A stretch of DNA of 37,750 nucleotides from Betaproteobacteria bacterium (GCA_031361405.1 JANMCS010000114.1:1-37750); one strand, 5' to 3'; shown: positions 1 to 9,739, counted from the first letter of the stretch. Numbers and translations are program-made. The notes: generated by a model from the letters alone, not told the origin.

Positions 1-1
1 C

Positions 2-2692
2 GAGCGGGCGCGGCTCGACACGCTGCAGCAACTCGCGCGGGCCCACGCGCTGCCGCTCCTCGCCACCGGCGACGTCCACATGCACGCGCGGGCCCGCCGC
101 GCGCTGCAGGACACGCTCACCGCCATCCGGCTGCGCACGCCGCTGGCGGAGTGCGGCTACGCGCTCTTCCCCAACGGCGAGCGCCACCTGCGCTCGCGTG
201 CGCGGCTGGCCACGCTGTATCCGCGCGCCTGCCTCGACGCCACGCTCGACCTCGCGGCGCGCTGCACGTTTTCGCTCGACGAATTGCGCTACGAATACCC
301 GGAGGAAGTGGTGCCCCCCGGCGCCACGCCGGCCGGCCATCTGCGGCAGCTGGTGGACATCGGCCTCGCCCGCCGCTACGGTCGCGCCGGGGCCACGCCA
401 CCCGAAGTGCGCAACATCATCGAGCACGAGCTGGCGCTGATCACCGAGCTGCGCTACGAGCCCTACTTCCTCACTGTCCACGACATCGTTGCCTTCGCGC
501 GGTCAAGAAATATCCTGTGCCAGGGCCGCGGCTCGGCGGCCAACTCGGCGGTGTGCTACGCGCTGGGCATCACCGAGGTCGACCCGGCGCGAATGAGCAT
601 GCTGTTCGAGCGCTTCATCAGCCGCGAACGCAACGAGCCGCCCGACATCGATGTCGATTTCGAGCACGAGCGACGCGAGGAAGTCATCCAGTACATCTAC
701 GCCAAGTACGGCCGCGACCGCGCCGCGCTGGCCGCCACGCTGATCACCTATCGTCCCAAGAGCGCGGTGCGCGATGTCGGCCGCGCGCTGGGCCTCGATC
801 TCGCGCAGGTCGAGCGGCTCACCGGCATGTTCGCGTGGTGGGACGGCCGCACCATTGATCCCGCACGCATCCGCGAGGCCGGCTTCGACCCCGACAATCC
901 GGTCATCACGCGCATGGTCAAGCTGGCCGGCGCACTGCAGGGTTTTCCGCGGCATCTGTCGCAGCATGTCGGCGGCTTCGTCATCGCGCGCGGCCTGCTC
1001 GAGCGGATGGTGCCGGTGGAAAACGCCGCGATGGTCGAGCGCACCGTCATCCAGTGGGACAAGGACGACCTCGATGCAATGGGATTACTGAAGGTCGACT
1101 GCCTGGCGCTCGGCATGCTCTCGGCCATCCGTCGCGCGCTCGACATGATCGGGCAGGTGCGCGGCACGCCGCTCGCGATGCACAACATTCCGGCGGAGGA
1201 TCCCGCCGTCTACGCGATGTGCCAGCGTGCCGACACCGTGGGCGTGTTCCAGATCGAGTCACGCGCACAGCAGTCGATGCTGCCGCGGCTGCGGCCCGCG
1301 TGCTTCTACGATCTGGTCATCGAGGTGGCCATCGTCCGGCCCGGCCCCATCCAGGGCGGCATGGTGCATCCGTATCTCAAGCGGCGGCAAGGCAAGGAGC
1401 CCGTCACTTATCCCAACGAGGCGGTCAAGAGCGTGCTCGAACGCACGCTGGGCATTCCCATCTTCCAGGAACAGGTGATGCAACTGGCCATCGTCGGTGC
1501 GGGCTTCACACCCGGCGAGGCCGATCAGCTGCGCCGGTCGATGGCCGCGTGGCGGCGCAAGGGCGGCCTCGAGAAGTTCGAGCAGCGGCTGATCGACGGC
1601 ATGGGGCAACGCGGCCTGCCCGAGGCTTTCGCGCGGCAGATCTACCAGCAGATCCTGGGCTTCGGCGAATATGGCTTTCCCGAGTCGCACTCCGCCAGTT
1701 TTTCGCTGCTGGTTTATGTATCGGCGTGGCTCAAGCACTACGAGCCCGCCGCGTTCTGCGCCGCGCTGATCAATGCGCAGCCGATGGGCTTCTACGCGCC
1801 CGCGCAACTCGTGCAGGATGCGCGCCGGCACGATGTCGATATCCGCAACGTCGACGTCACCGTCAGCGCGTGGGACTGTACGCTGGAGAAAGCGGGGGCC
1901 GAGAAAGTAGGGTCAGACTCGACTTTTCGAAAACTGTATGGGCAGGCGAAAGCCATACAGGAAAAGTCGAGTCTGACCCTACTTTCTCCTTCGCTGCGGC
2001 TGGGCCTGCGCCTGGTCGCGGGTCTGCGCGCCGACAGCGCCACGCGCATCGTCGCCGCGCGCCACGCGCAGCCTTTCACCGACGTGGCCGATCTCGCGCA
2101 TCGCGCGCGACTCGATCGCCGCGACCTCACCGCGCTGGCTGCCGCGGGTGCGCTGGCAGCGCTGGCCGGGCACCGCCACGCCGCGGTGTGGAATGTGGCC
2201 GGCGTGGAAAAGCTGCCGCCGCTGCTGGCCGGCACCACGTTCACCGAAACGGCGCCGGTGCTCGACGCCCCCACCGAAGGGCAGGACATCGTCGCCGACT
2301 ATCGCGCACTGGGCTTGACGCTCGGGCGCCATCCGCTGGCCCTGTTGCGCACCCAACTTGCGGCACGGCGCATGCTGACAGCCACCGAGATCCTGCGCAC
2401 GCCGCACGGCCGCATCGCGCGCGCCGCCGGCATCGTGGTGGGCCGCCAGCGCCCCGACACGGCCAGCGGCGTCGTGTTCGTGACACTCGAGGACGAGACC
2501 GGGTCCACCAACGTGATCGTCTGGCGCGATCTCTCCGACCGCCAGCGCCGCGAGCTGCTCGGCGCGCGGCTGCTCGGCGTCTACGGTCGCGTCGAACGCG
2601 AAGGCGATGTCGTCCACCTGATCGCGGGGCGCCTGGTCGACCTGTCGCCGCTGCTGGGCGCGCTGCCCACGCATTCGCGCGATTTTCATTAG
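2..2692 (+). CDS. dnaE2: Error-prone DNA polymerase DnaE2/ImuC, 5'-truncated by the window edge
   Basis: Frame is open from base 2 ([28 protein letters not shown]...). Motifs: [56 protein letters not shown], and the DnaE2-diagnostic C-terminus SRDFH. Confidence 0.97.
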   Translation, partial: ERARLDTLQQLARAHALPLLATGDVHMHARARRALQDTLTAIRLRTPLAECGYALFPNGERHLRSRARLATLYPRACLDATLDLAARCTFSLDELRYEYPEEVVPPGATPAGHLRQLVDIGLARRYGRAGATPPEVRNIIEHELALITELRYEPYFLTVHDIVAFARSRNILCQGRGSAANSAVCYALGITEVDPARMSMLFERFISRERNEPPDIDVDFEHERREEVIQYIYAKYGRDRAALAATLITYRPKSAVRDVGRALGLDLAQVERLTGMFAWWDGRTIDPARIREAGFDPDNPVITRMVKLAGALQGFPRHLSQHVGGFVIARGLLERMVPVENAAMVERTVIQWDKDDLDAMGLLKVDCLALGMLSAIRRALDMIGQVRGTPLAMHNIPAEDPAVYAMCQRADTVGVFQIESRAQQSMLPRLRPACFYDLVIEVAIVRPGPIQGGMVHPYLKRRQGKEPVTYPNEAVKSVLERTLGIPIFQEQVMQLAIVGAGFTPGEADQLRRSMAAWRRKGGLEKFEQRLIDGMGQRGLPEAFARQIYQQILGFGEYGFPESHSASFSLLVYVSAWLKHYEPAAFCAALINAQPMGFYAPAQLVQDARRHDVDIRNVDVTVSAWDCTLEKAGAEKVGSDSTFRKLYGQAKAIQEKSSLTLLSPSLRLGLRLVAGLRADSATRIVAARHAQPFTDVADLAHRARLDRRDLTALAAAGALAALAGHRHAAVWNVAGVEKLPPLLAGTTFTETAPVLDAPTEGQDIVADYRALGLTLGRHPLALLRTQLAARRMLTATEILRTPHGRIARAAGIVVGRQRPDTASGVVFVTLEDETGSTNVIVWRDLSDRQRRELLGARLLGVYGRVEREGDVVHLIAGRLVDLSPLLGALPTHSRDFH
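1901..1988. repeat. 88-bp palindromic element inside dnaE2
   Basis: 1901-1928 GAGAAAGTAGGGTCAGACTCGACTTTTC is the exact reverse complement of 1961-1988. Inner stem CTGTATGG (1934-1941) pairs with CCATACAG (1953-1960). 42 of 88 bases are G+C, well below the flanks. Confidence 0.95.
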
Positions 2693-2730
2693 CGTATCGG
2701 GCGTACGCACGCGTGTACGACCTCCTTGAT

Positions 2731-2790
2731 CCTGTAGGTGAGGCTTCAGCCTCGCGCAGCGCCTCGCGAGGCTGAAGCCTCGCCTACAGG
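2731..2790. repeat. GTAG-family REP doublet (REPIN-like) downstream of dnaE2
   Basis: CCTGTAGGTGAGGCTTCAGCCTCGCG (2731-2756) and CGCGAGGCTGAAGCCTCGCCTACAGG (2765-2790) are inverted with one mismatch. Each unit is GTAG plus an internal palindrome GAGGCT-nn-AGCCTC. Confidence 0.8.
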
Positions 2791-2902
2791 TGATTGGCGT
2801 TACGCGGGCTGCGCCATCATTTGCCACGGTCACCAGACTTCGGTACAACCGCGATTGCGCCATCGCGCTGCGCGCTCCCCCGCGGCCATCGCCATAGTCC
2901 CA

Positions 2903-4615
2903 ATGCACGCACCCGCCACCCCCCTGCCCACCATCAAGTCGCGACTCGCACGATGGGCCCCGTGGACCATCGCCGTCAGCCAGCAGACCACGCGCGCCGA
3001 TCTCGTCGCCGGCACCACGCTGGCGGCCTACGCCGTGCCCAGTTCGATTGCCTACGCGCAACTGGCCGGCATGCCCGTGCAGACCGGCCTCTACTGTTAT
3101 CTGCTGGCGGGCCTTGCGTACGCGCTCTTCGGCACGTCGCGCCAACTCGCGGTGGGGCCGACGTCGGCCATCGCGCTGACCGTCGCCACCACGCTGGGCG
3201 CCCTCGTCGTCAGCGATCCGTCGCGCTATGTCGCCATGGCCAGCGCTGCGGCCCTCCTCACCGGTGCGCTCGCGCTCGGCGCCTGGGCAATGCGCTGGGG
3301 CGGGGTCGTGCACTTCGTTTCAGAAACGGTGCTCACCGGCTTCAAGATCGGCGCGGGCACCGTGATCGGCGTCTCCCAGTTGCCACTGTTGTGCGGCATC
3401 GTCAACACCGGCCACGGCTTCGAAGGCACGCTCTTCGCGGTGATCCGCGGCCTCGACCACGCCCACGCTCCGTCCATCATGCTGGGCCTCGCCGCCTACA
3501 TCCTGTTGCTCCTCGGCCAGTCGCGGCTGCCGCGCTGGCCCATGCCGCTGCTGGTCGTGATCCTCTGCATCGGCATCGCGTCGATTCCCGGCTACGCGGC
3601 GCTGGGCATTGCCCGTGTCGGCGCGATTCCGTCCGGATTGCCCACACTGCAGTTGCCCCAATTCACGTGGCAGGACCTCGACACGCTGCTGCCGCTCGCC
3701 TTCGCATGCTTCCTGCTGGCGTTCAACGAAGGCGTGGCGGCCGCGCGGCTGCTCGCCACCCGCAACGGCTACAGCATCGACCCCAATCGCGAGTTGCTGG
3801 GCCTCGGCGCTGCCAACGTGGCCATCGCGTTCGGCCAGGGCTTTCCTGCGGGCGGCGGCTTGTCGCAATCGCTCGTCAACGACCAGGCGGGCGCGCGCAC
3901 GCCCATCGCCGGCGCCGTGTGCTCGGTGTGGATGATCGTGGTGCTGCTGTACCTCACCGGACTGTTTGTGCAGCTGCCGCAGCCGTTGCTCGCCGCGCTG
4001 GTGCTGGCCTCGGTGATCGGGATGTTCCGCTTCGATGAGTTACGCCAGTTGTGGCGCATCGGCGCGTCGGAGTTTGCCATTGCCATGCTCACGATCCTGG
4101 CGGTGCTCGTGCTGGGCATCCTGCAGGGTGTGCTGGTGGCCGCGGTATTCTCGTTGGCGATGTTGATCCGGCGCCTGGCTGCGCCGGAATGCGTGGTACT
4201 CGGCCGCTTCCCCGGCACCAACTCCTACGCGGCGTTCATGCGTCATCCGGAAGTCGAGGCAATTCCGGGCGTGCTGATCTTCCGCGCCAATGCCGCGCTG
4301 CTCTATTTCAACGCCGACGCGGTGCAGGAGCGCATCCGCGCCTTCACGGCCAGTCATCCGTCGCCACTGCGCGCGATCATCATCGATCTCTCGTTCACCA
4401 CCGATATCGACCTGTCGACGGCGCGGATGCTGACGGAAGCTGCGCGCGAGGCCAACGCGCGCGGCGCCGTGCTGCGGCTGGCCGACGCGCATTACCACCT
4501 GCGCGCGCAGCTGGCACTGGATGGCGCCGCCTCGCTGTTCGGCGACATGTCGCGCTCTTATTCGATCGCGGAGCTGGTCGCCGCGCTCACCACCGCGCCC
4601 GCGGCCGTCAAGTAA
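2903..4615 (+). CDS. SulP (SLC26) family anion transporter with C-terminal STAS domain
   Basis: DLVAG...AYAQLAGMP..TGLY, YALFGTSRQLAVGP, NRELLGLGAAN, many TM segments, and STAS-like LLYFNA...IIDLS. Start taken at ATG 2903. Confidence 0.92.
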   Translation: MHAPATPLPTIKSRLARWAPWTIAVSQQTTRADLVAGTTLAAYAVPSSIAYAQLAGMPVQTGLYCYLLAGLAYALFGTSRQLAVGPTSAIALTVATTLGALVVSDPSRYVAMASAAALLTGALALGAWAMRWGGVVHFVSETVLTGFKIGAGTVIGVSQLPLLCGIVNTGHGFEGTLFAVIRGLDHAHAPSIMLGLAAYILLLLGQSRLPRWPMPLLVVILCIGIASIPGYAALGIARVGAIPSGLPTLQLPQFTWQDLDTLLPLAFACFLLAFNEGVAAARLLATRNGYSIDPNRELLGLGAANVAIAFGQGFPAGGGLSQSLVNDQAGARTPIAGAVCSVWMIVVLLYLTGLFVQLPQPLLAALVLASVIGMFRFDELRQLWRIGASEFAIAMLTILAVLVLGILQGVLVAAVFSLAMLIRRLAAPECVVLGRFPGTNSYAAFMRHPEVEAIPGVLIFRANAALLYFNADAVQERIRAFTASHPSPLRAIIIDLSFTTDIDLSTARMLTEAAREANARGAVLRLADAHYHLRAQLALDGAASLFGDMSRSYSIAELVAALTTAPAAVK

Positions 4616-4746
4616 GGGGCCGCCACCACGCGCCGTCAATCCAGGCGCGCGCCGGGGTCAAGGTAATATTGTCGACCTGCGCACGACCTACCCATGGCGC
4701 CATCGGGCCGGCTTATTCCTCGCCAGCCCTCGCTCGGAGATTCTCG

Positions 4747-6177
4747 TTGGCCAAGCCTGAATTCGACATGGTCGTGATCGGCGGCGGCGCGGGCGGGCTG
4801 GTGGTCGCCGCCGGTGGCGCCGCGCTGGGTGCCAAGGTCGCGGTGGTCGAGAAGTCGCGGCTGGGGGGCGACTGCCTCTGGTACGGCTGTGTCCCGTCGA
4901 AGTCGCTGTTGAAGTCGGCGCGCATTGCATTCCAGATGCGCCACGCCGATCGCTGGGCGTTGCCCGCAACGCATCCGGACGTCGATCTGGCCCGGGTCAT
5001 GGAACGCGTGCGCAGCGTGATTGCCGGCATCGAGCCCAACGACAGCCCCGAGCGTTTCCGCGGACTCGGCGTCGATGTCAATTTCGGCACGGGCGCCTTC
5101 GCTTCGCCGGCCGCGTTCGTCGTGAACGGCCGCACGCTCACCGCAAAGACGTTCGTGATCGCCACCGGGTCGCGCCCCGGCATCCCGCCGATCCCCGGCC
5201 TCGACAACACGCCCTACCTCACCAACGAAACGCTGTTCGACGTGCGCGAGCCGATGCCGTCGCTGCTGGTGGTGGGCAGCGGTCCGATCGGTTGCGAACT
5301 GGCGCAGGCGCTGGGCCGGCTGGGCACCGCCGTGACGGTGGTCGACATCGCGCCGCGCATTCTGCCTCGCGAGGACGCCGATGTGGCCGCCGTGGTCGCG
5401 CGCCAGTTGCAGGATGAAGGCATCGTCTTCCACTTCGAGTCCACCATCACCCATGTGCGCGGGACCCCGGGCGCCATCACCGCGACAGTGAAGCGCAAGG
5501 ACGGCACCGAGCATACGATCGCCGCCACGCATCTGCTGCTGGCGGCCGGGCGCCGCGCCAATATCGAGAATCTCGGTCTCGAGTTCGCGAATGTCGGTGT
5601 CGACCACGGCCGCATCGTCGTCGACACCCACCTGCGCACCACCAATCCCAACGTCTACGTGCTGGGCGACGTCGCCGGCGGCTACCAGTTCACCCACGTG
5701 GCGGAACACCACGCCGGCATCGTGCTGCGGCACGCGCTCTTCAAGTTGTGGTGGGCCAAGCCATCGCCGCACATCCCGTGGTGCACGTTCACCGACCCGG
5801 AGCTTGCGCGCATCGGCCTCTCCGAAGACGAGGCGCAGGCGCGCCATCTCCCGCACCAGGTGTATCGGTTTCCCTTCGATGACATCGACCGGGCGCGCGC
5901 GGAAAGCGAGACCGAGGGTTTCGCGAAGATCATTACTGATCCCAAGGGCCGGTTGCTGGGCGCCACGATCGTCGGTGCGCATGCCGGCGAACTGATCGCC
6001 GAATACGGATTGGCACTGACGCAGGGTCTGCGCGCCAAGGACATCTCGGCGGTGATTCACACGTATCCCACGTTCGCGATGATCAACCGCCGCGTCGCGG
6101 ACCAGCGGATGAAGGAAGGGCTGACCCCGCGCGCAAAGGTGTGGATCAAGCGGATCTTCGGATTGCAGAGGACCTGA
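4747..6177 (+). CDS. Class I pyridine nucleotide-disulfide oxidoreductase (MerA/dihydrolipoamide dehydrogenase-like)
   Basis: GGGAGG FAD loop, redox GGDCLWYGCVPSK, IATGSRP, GSGPIGCE, GDVAG, HTYPT. Probable TTG start at 4747 after GGAGA. No C-terminal Cys-Cys pair of true MerA. Confidence 0.9.
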   Translation: MAKPEFDMVVIGGGAGGLVVAAGGAALGAKVAVVEKSRLGGDCLWYGCVPSKSLLKSARIAFQMRHADRWALPATHPDVDLARVMERVRSVIAGIEPNDSPERFRGLGVDVNFGTGAFASPAAFVVNGRTLTAKTFVIATGSRPGIPPIPGLDNTPYLTNETLFDVREPMPSLLVVGSGPIGCELAQALGRLGTAVTVVDIAPRILPREDADVAAVVARQLQDEGIVFHFESTITHVRGTPGAITATVKRKDGTEHTIAATHLLLAAGRRANIENLGLEFANVGVDHGRIVVDTHLRTTNPNVYVLGDVAGGYQFTHVAEHHAGIVLRHALFKLWWAKPSPHIPWCTFTDPELARIGLSEDEAQARHLPHQVYRFPFDDIDRARAESETEGFAKIITDPKGRLLGATIVGAHAGELIAEYGLALTQGLRAKDISAVIHTYPTFAMINRRVADQRMKEGLTPRAKVWIKRIFGLQRT

Positions 6178-6178
6178 A

Positions 6179-6883
6179 GTGGCCGCGCCCGAATCCACGC
6201 CGCCCGCCACGACCAACCGTACCTTCAAGTTCGCGCTGCTCGCCGTGTTCATCGGCGGCATCGCCGCGTTCTTCGCGCTGGGCGGCCAGCACTACCTGGC
6301 GCTCGAGACGATCAAGACCAATCGCGACGCGCTGCTGCAATTCACGCATGCCCATTTCGCGACGGCGCTGGTGCTGGGCTTCCTGATCTACGTCGGCGTC
6401 GTCGCGCTCAGCCTGCCGGGCGGCCTCATCCTGTCGCTGACGGCGGGCTTCGTATTCGGTCGCTGGGTGGGTACCGCGCTGGCCGTGGCAGGCGCCACCG
6501 TAGGGGCCACGATCGTGTTCCTGGCGGCGCGCTACATCTTTGCCGACAGTGCCCGGAAGCGACTGGGCGCCGTCGGCGAAAAGATCAATGCGGGCTTCAC
6601 TGCGGGCGCCTTCAACTACATGCTGTTCCTGCGGCTCGTGCCCGTGTTTCCGTTTTTCCTCGTGAACCTCGCACCTGCGTTGACGTCCATTCCGCTGCGG
6701 ACTTATGTGATCGCCACTTTCGTCGGCATCATTCCGGGCACCTTTGTATTCGTGAATCTGGGCGAAACACTGGGGCGCATCGAATCGTTGCAGGGCCTGG
6801 TTTCATTCCAGACGCTGGGCGCGTTTGCGCTCCTGGGCACCTTTGCGCTGGTTCCACTACTGCTGAAGAAACTCAAATCATGA
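6179..6883 (+). CDS. TVP38/TMEM64 (DedA-superfamily) membrane protein
   Basis: SLPGG..LSLTAGFVFG, GATIVFLAARY, FLRLVPVFPFFLVN, GIIPGTFV. GTG start 1 nt after the upstream stop. Confidence 0.9.
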   Translation: MAAPESTPPATTNRTFKFALLAVFIGGIAAFFALGGQHYLALETIKTNRDALLQFTHAHFATALVLGFLIYVGVVALSLPGGLILSLTAGFVFGRWVGTALAVAGATVGATIVFLAARYIFADSARKRLGAVGEKINAGFTAGAFNYMLFLRLVPVFPFFLVNLAPALTSIPLRTYVIATFVGIIPGTFVFVNLGETLGRIESLQGLVSFQTLGAFALLGTFALVPLLLKKLKS

Positions 6884-7608
6884 AATGCATTGCAGCCGCA
6901 TTGGCGTTGCTGGTGGCCGTTGGCAGTGCCGCCGCACAGGCATTGGATCATGCCCCGTTCGACGCACTGTTGCGGGCCAACGTCAAGGACGGAATCGTCA
7001 ACTATCCGGGCTTCCAGGAGAGTCCTTCGTTCCAGGCCTATCTTGAAGCGCTGGGTCGGCCGACGCAGCACGATGGCAAAGCGGCGGCACTGGTCTACTA
7101 CATCAATGCCTACAACGCGCTGGCCATCGAGGGCATTCTGCAGGGCCTGTCGCCGTCCACGCTGTTCGGCCGCGCCCGCTACTTCAAGTTCAAGTCGTGG
7201 CCGCTCAACGGCATGAACATCACGCTCTACGATCTCGAGCACAAGATCATCCGGCCCCTCGGTGAACCACGTATCCACTTTGCGATCGTTTGTGCGTCGA
7301 AGTCATGCCCGCCGCTGCGCGCCGAGGCCTATGCCGCCGGCAAGCTCGACGCCCAGATGGACCAACAGGCCTGGCTGTTCGTCAATGATCGATCCCGCAA
7401 TCGCTTCAACGCCGCCAGTCACACGGCGCAACTGTCGGAAATCTTCAACTGGTTCGACGAAGACTTCAAGGTCGCCGGATCCACCCAACGTTTCATCGCC
7501 CGGTATGTCGCCGATCCGGCGGTGGCCAAGGGCCTCGCCGCCGAGCAGTTCAAGGTGGAGTGGATCGATTACGACTGGAATCTCAACGGCAATCCGCCCG
7601 CGCTCTGA
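6880..7608 (+). CDS. Secreted DUF547 domain protein
   Basis: Signal peptide; YYINAYNA, LYDLEHKIIR, EPRIHFAIVCASKSCPPL, LSEIFNWF, YDWNLN. ATGA overlap with the upstream gene. Confidence 0.9.
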   Translation: MKCIAAALALLVAVGSAAAQALDHAPFDALLRANVKDGIVNYPGFQESPSFQAYLEALGRPTQHDGKAAALVYYINAYNALAIEGILQGLSPSTLFGRARYFKFKSWPLNGMNITLYDLEHKIIRPLGEPRIHFAIVCASKSCPPLRAEAYAAGKLDAQMDQQAWLFVNDRSRNRFNAASHTAQLSEIFNWFDEDFKVAGSTQRFIARYVADPAVAKGLAAEQFKVEWIDYDWNLNGNPPAL

Positions 7609-7621
7609 CCCACCGACGATC

Positions 7622-8329
7622 ATGGAACAGGCATCCTTGGCTGTGACCTCCGCCGCCGCAACGCTCGCGTTGCCCGCGCTCAAGCGCACGCTGTCGACGA
7701 TTGCATTGCCGACGACGCAGCGCGCGGCGCTGGGCCACTTCCTGCGCCATCTGGCCCGGGGCGAGCGCATCGCTTCGCACAGTGCCAAGCGCCAGGCGCT
7801 GCTCGCGCCCACCGCGCGGGCCACCCGGTTCTTCCGCGCGCAGGTTCGGCATGAAGCGCTCCACGCCCGCCTCTTCGAACTTGCCGCGGCGGGCCTGGGT
7901 GCCCCCGCGTTGGTCGTCGCGCCTTGCCCCTACCGCGCCTACGACGCGCAGCTCGCCACGGCAGCGCAACGCGGCGACTATGCCGACACGGTAGTGGGCA
8001 CGCAGCTCGTCCTCGAAGCACTGGGCGAAATCCTGCTCGACCGCCTCGACGCCGGACTGGAAAGTCACGGCACAGGACTGCACCGGTTGCGCCGCCTGTT
8101 GCGAGCGCAGGAAGCCGCTCATCATGCGTTCGGCGTGGCGGAGATCGCCGCGCTGGCTGCGACGATGCCGCAGGGCGAGGTGGCGATCCATGCGCGCATC
8201 CCGCCGTATCGGGCGCTGGCGCAGGCCATGATCGAGGCCGCCACCCCGGTATTGCACGCGTTCGAACTGGTGCCGGCCGACATCGGGCATGAGCTCGATT
8301 CACGTCTCAACGCGGCGGTCATGGCGTGA
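7622..8329 (+). CDS. Ferritin-like (four-helix diiron-carboxylate) protein
   Basis: Two E...ExxH repeats: RGERIA...RHEALH and VLEALG...QEAAHH. Start ATG 7622; stop overlaps the next GTG. Confidence 0.7.
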   Translation: MEQASLAVTSAAATLALPALKRTLSTIALPTTQRAALGHFLRHLARGERIASHSAKRQALLAPTARATRFFRAQVRHEALHARLFELAAAGLGAPALVVAPCPYRAYDAQLATAAQRGDYADTVVGTQLVLEALGEILLDRLDAGLESHGTGLHRLRRLLRAQEAAHHAFGVAEIAALAATMPQGEVAIHARIPPYRALAQAMIEAATPVLHAFELVPADIGHELDSRLNAAVMA

Positions 8330-9009
8330 AGATCTCGGTGATCCTGCCGGTCCTGGACGAAGAGGCCGCATTGCCGGCGACGCTGGCCTGCCTCGCCGAC
8401 GCGCGTGCCATGCAGCCCGACGTCGAGGTGATCGCCGTGGATGGCGGAAGTCGGGATGCGAGTGCCGCCGTACTGGCCCGTCACCGCGATATCCGGGTGC
8501 TGCGGGCGTCACGCGGCCGCGCCGCGCAGATGAATGCCGGTGCGGCAGCGGCCACCGGAGACGTCCTCCTGTTCCTGCACGCCGACACCTGGCTGCCACC
8601 CAACGCGCTTGCCGCCATTAGCGCTGCCGCGCGGGTGCCGGGCTTTGCATACGGCGGCTTCCGGCACCGCTTCTCGGGATCCGACTGGCGCCTGGCGATG
8701 ATCTCGGCGCTACACAATTTTCGCTGCCGGCACGCCCGCACGTTCTACGGCGACCAGGCACTCTTCGTCGCCCGAGACGCCTTTGTAAGCGCCGGTGGCT
8801 TTCCCGCGGTTCCCGCCGAAGATATCGCGTTGTCGCAGCAGCTCCGCGCGCTGGCGCCGCCCGCGTTCTTGGCCGAATCCGTCGTGACCAGCTCGCGCAA
8901 GTTCGAGCAGATGGGCGTGTGGCGCAGCTTCGCGCGCATCGTCGCCATCCTGATCTGCCTTCGCCTCGGTCGTGCGGTGCCCGTCTCGTTTTTTGCCAAC
9001 ATCCGCTGA
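8326..9009 (+). CDS. GT2 glycosyltransferase, TIGR04283-like (copy 1)
   Basis: ISVILPVLDEE, VDGGSRD, GRAAQMNAGA, LLFLHAD, YGDQALF, ED, VTSSRKF. Confidence 0.88.
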   Translation: MKISVILPVLDEEAALPATLACLADARAMQPDVEVIAVDGGSRDASAAVLARHRDIRVLRASRGRAAQMNAGAAAATGDVLLFLHADTWLPPNALAAISAAARVPGFAYGGFRHRFSGSDWRLAMISALHNFRCRHARTFYGDQALFVARDAFVSAGGFPAVPAEDIALSQQLRALAPPAFLAESVVTSSRKFEQMGVWRSFARIVAILICLRLGRAVPVSFFANIR

Positions 9010-9061
9010 TGCGCATCGCAGCCCAGGTGCCCTGCGCAAGGGCCATCGAAGCGCGGTGGCC

Positions 9062-9739
9062 ATGATCCGACTTTCGATCATCGTCCCGGTGCGCAACGAA
9101 GAGGCCGTGTTGCGCACGACTCTGGAGCGTCTGCAGCCGTTGCGGGCGGACGGCCACGAGGTCATCGTCGTGGACGGGGGCAGCAGCGATGCAAGTGCCG
9201 GTGTCGCGCGTCCACTGGTGGATCAGCTGCTGGTTGCCGCGCGCGGACGCGCGACGCAGATGAATGCCGGCGCCGCCGCCGCGACCGGTGATGTCCTCCT
9301 GTTCCTGCACGCCGACTCCTGGCTCCCTGCCAGTCCGGCGGATGCGATCGCGGCTGCCTTGTCGGCAGGCTATCGCTGGGGCCGCTTCGACGTCACGATC
9401 GCGGGCCGTCCAGCCATTTTGCGGGTGGTGGCGTGGACGATGAACGCGCGTTCGCGCCTTACCGGCATTGCCACCGGCGATCAGGGCATCTTCGTCGACC
9501 GCACCGCGTTCGTCGATGCCGGCGGGTATCCGCCGATCGAACTGTTCGAGGATATCGAGCTGTCCTGGGTCCTGAAGCGGCGCTCCGGCCGCCCGGCATG
9601 CCTGCGCCCACGCCTCGTCACCTCGGGGCGGCGGTGGGAGCGCCACGGCCCGTGGCGCACCATCGTCGCGATGTGGCACCTGCGCCTTGCCTACGCGCTG
9701 GGCGCCGATCCGGCGCGTCTTGCGCGCCGTTACCCGTGA
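9062..9739 (+). CDS. GT2 glycosyltransferase, TIGR04283-like (copy 2)
   Basis: LSIIVPVRNEE, VDGGSSD, GRATQMNAGA, LFLHAD, WGRFDV, ATGDQGIF, LFEDIELS, VTSGRRWE. Confidence 0.9.
   Translation: MIRLSIIVPVRNEEAVLRTTLERLQPLRADGHEVIVVDGGSSDASAGVARPLVDQLLVAARGRATQMNAGAAAATGDVLLFLHADSWLPASPADAIAAALSAGYRWGRFDVTIAGRPAILRVVAWTMNARSRLTGIATGDQGIFVDRTAFVDAGGYPPIELFEDIELSWVLKRRSGRPACLRPRLVTSGRRWERHGPWRTIVAMWHLRLAYALGADPARLARRYP

Noticed and set aside
1901-1988. Intein or intron in dnaE2
   Set aside because: Too short, no Cys/Ser start or His-Asn end, no intron-like structure; it is a simple DNA palindrome.
1054-2775. 573-aa alternative-frame ORF over dnaE2, and similar long shadow ORFs (4636-6261, 19565-21421, 26766-28433)
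   Set aside because: Arg/Ala/Pro-rich or antisense mirrors of well-supported genes, as expected at high GC; no motifs.
4051-4746. Long N-terminal extensions in the ORF track (also 2738, 7262, 9433, 12820, 18257, 19039, 24496)
   Set aside because: They overlap neighbouring genes; downstream starts with RBS or stop-start coupling match family lengths.
4747-6177. Mercury resistance merA
   Set aside because: No C-terminal Cys pair, no NmerA domain, and no merR/T/P nearby.
6175-9739. Selenocysteine read-through at TGA stops in the transferase operon
   Set aside because: The TGAs fall at normal family C-termini and mostly abut or overlap the next start codon; no SECIS could be supported.
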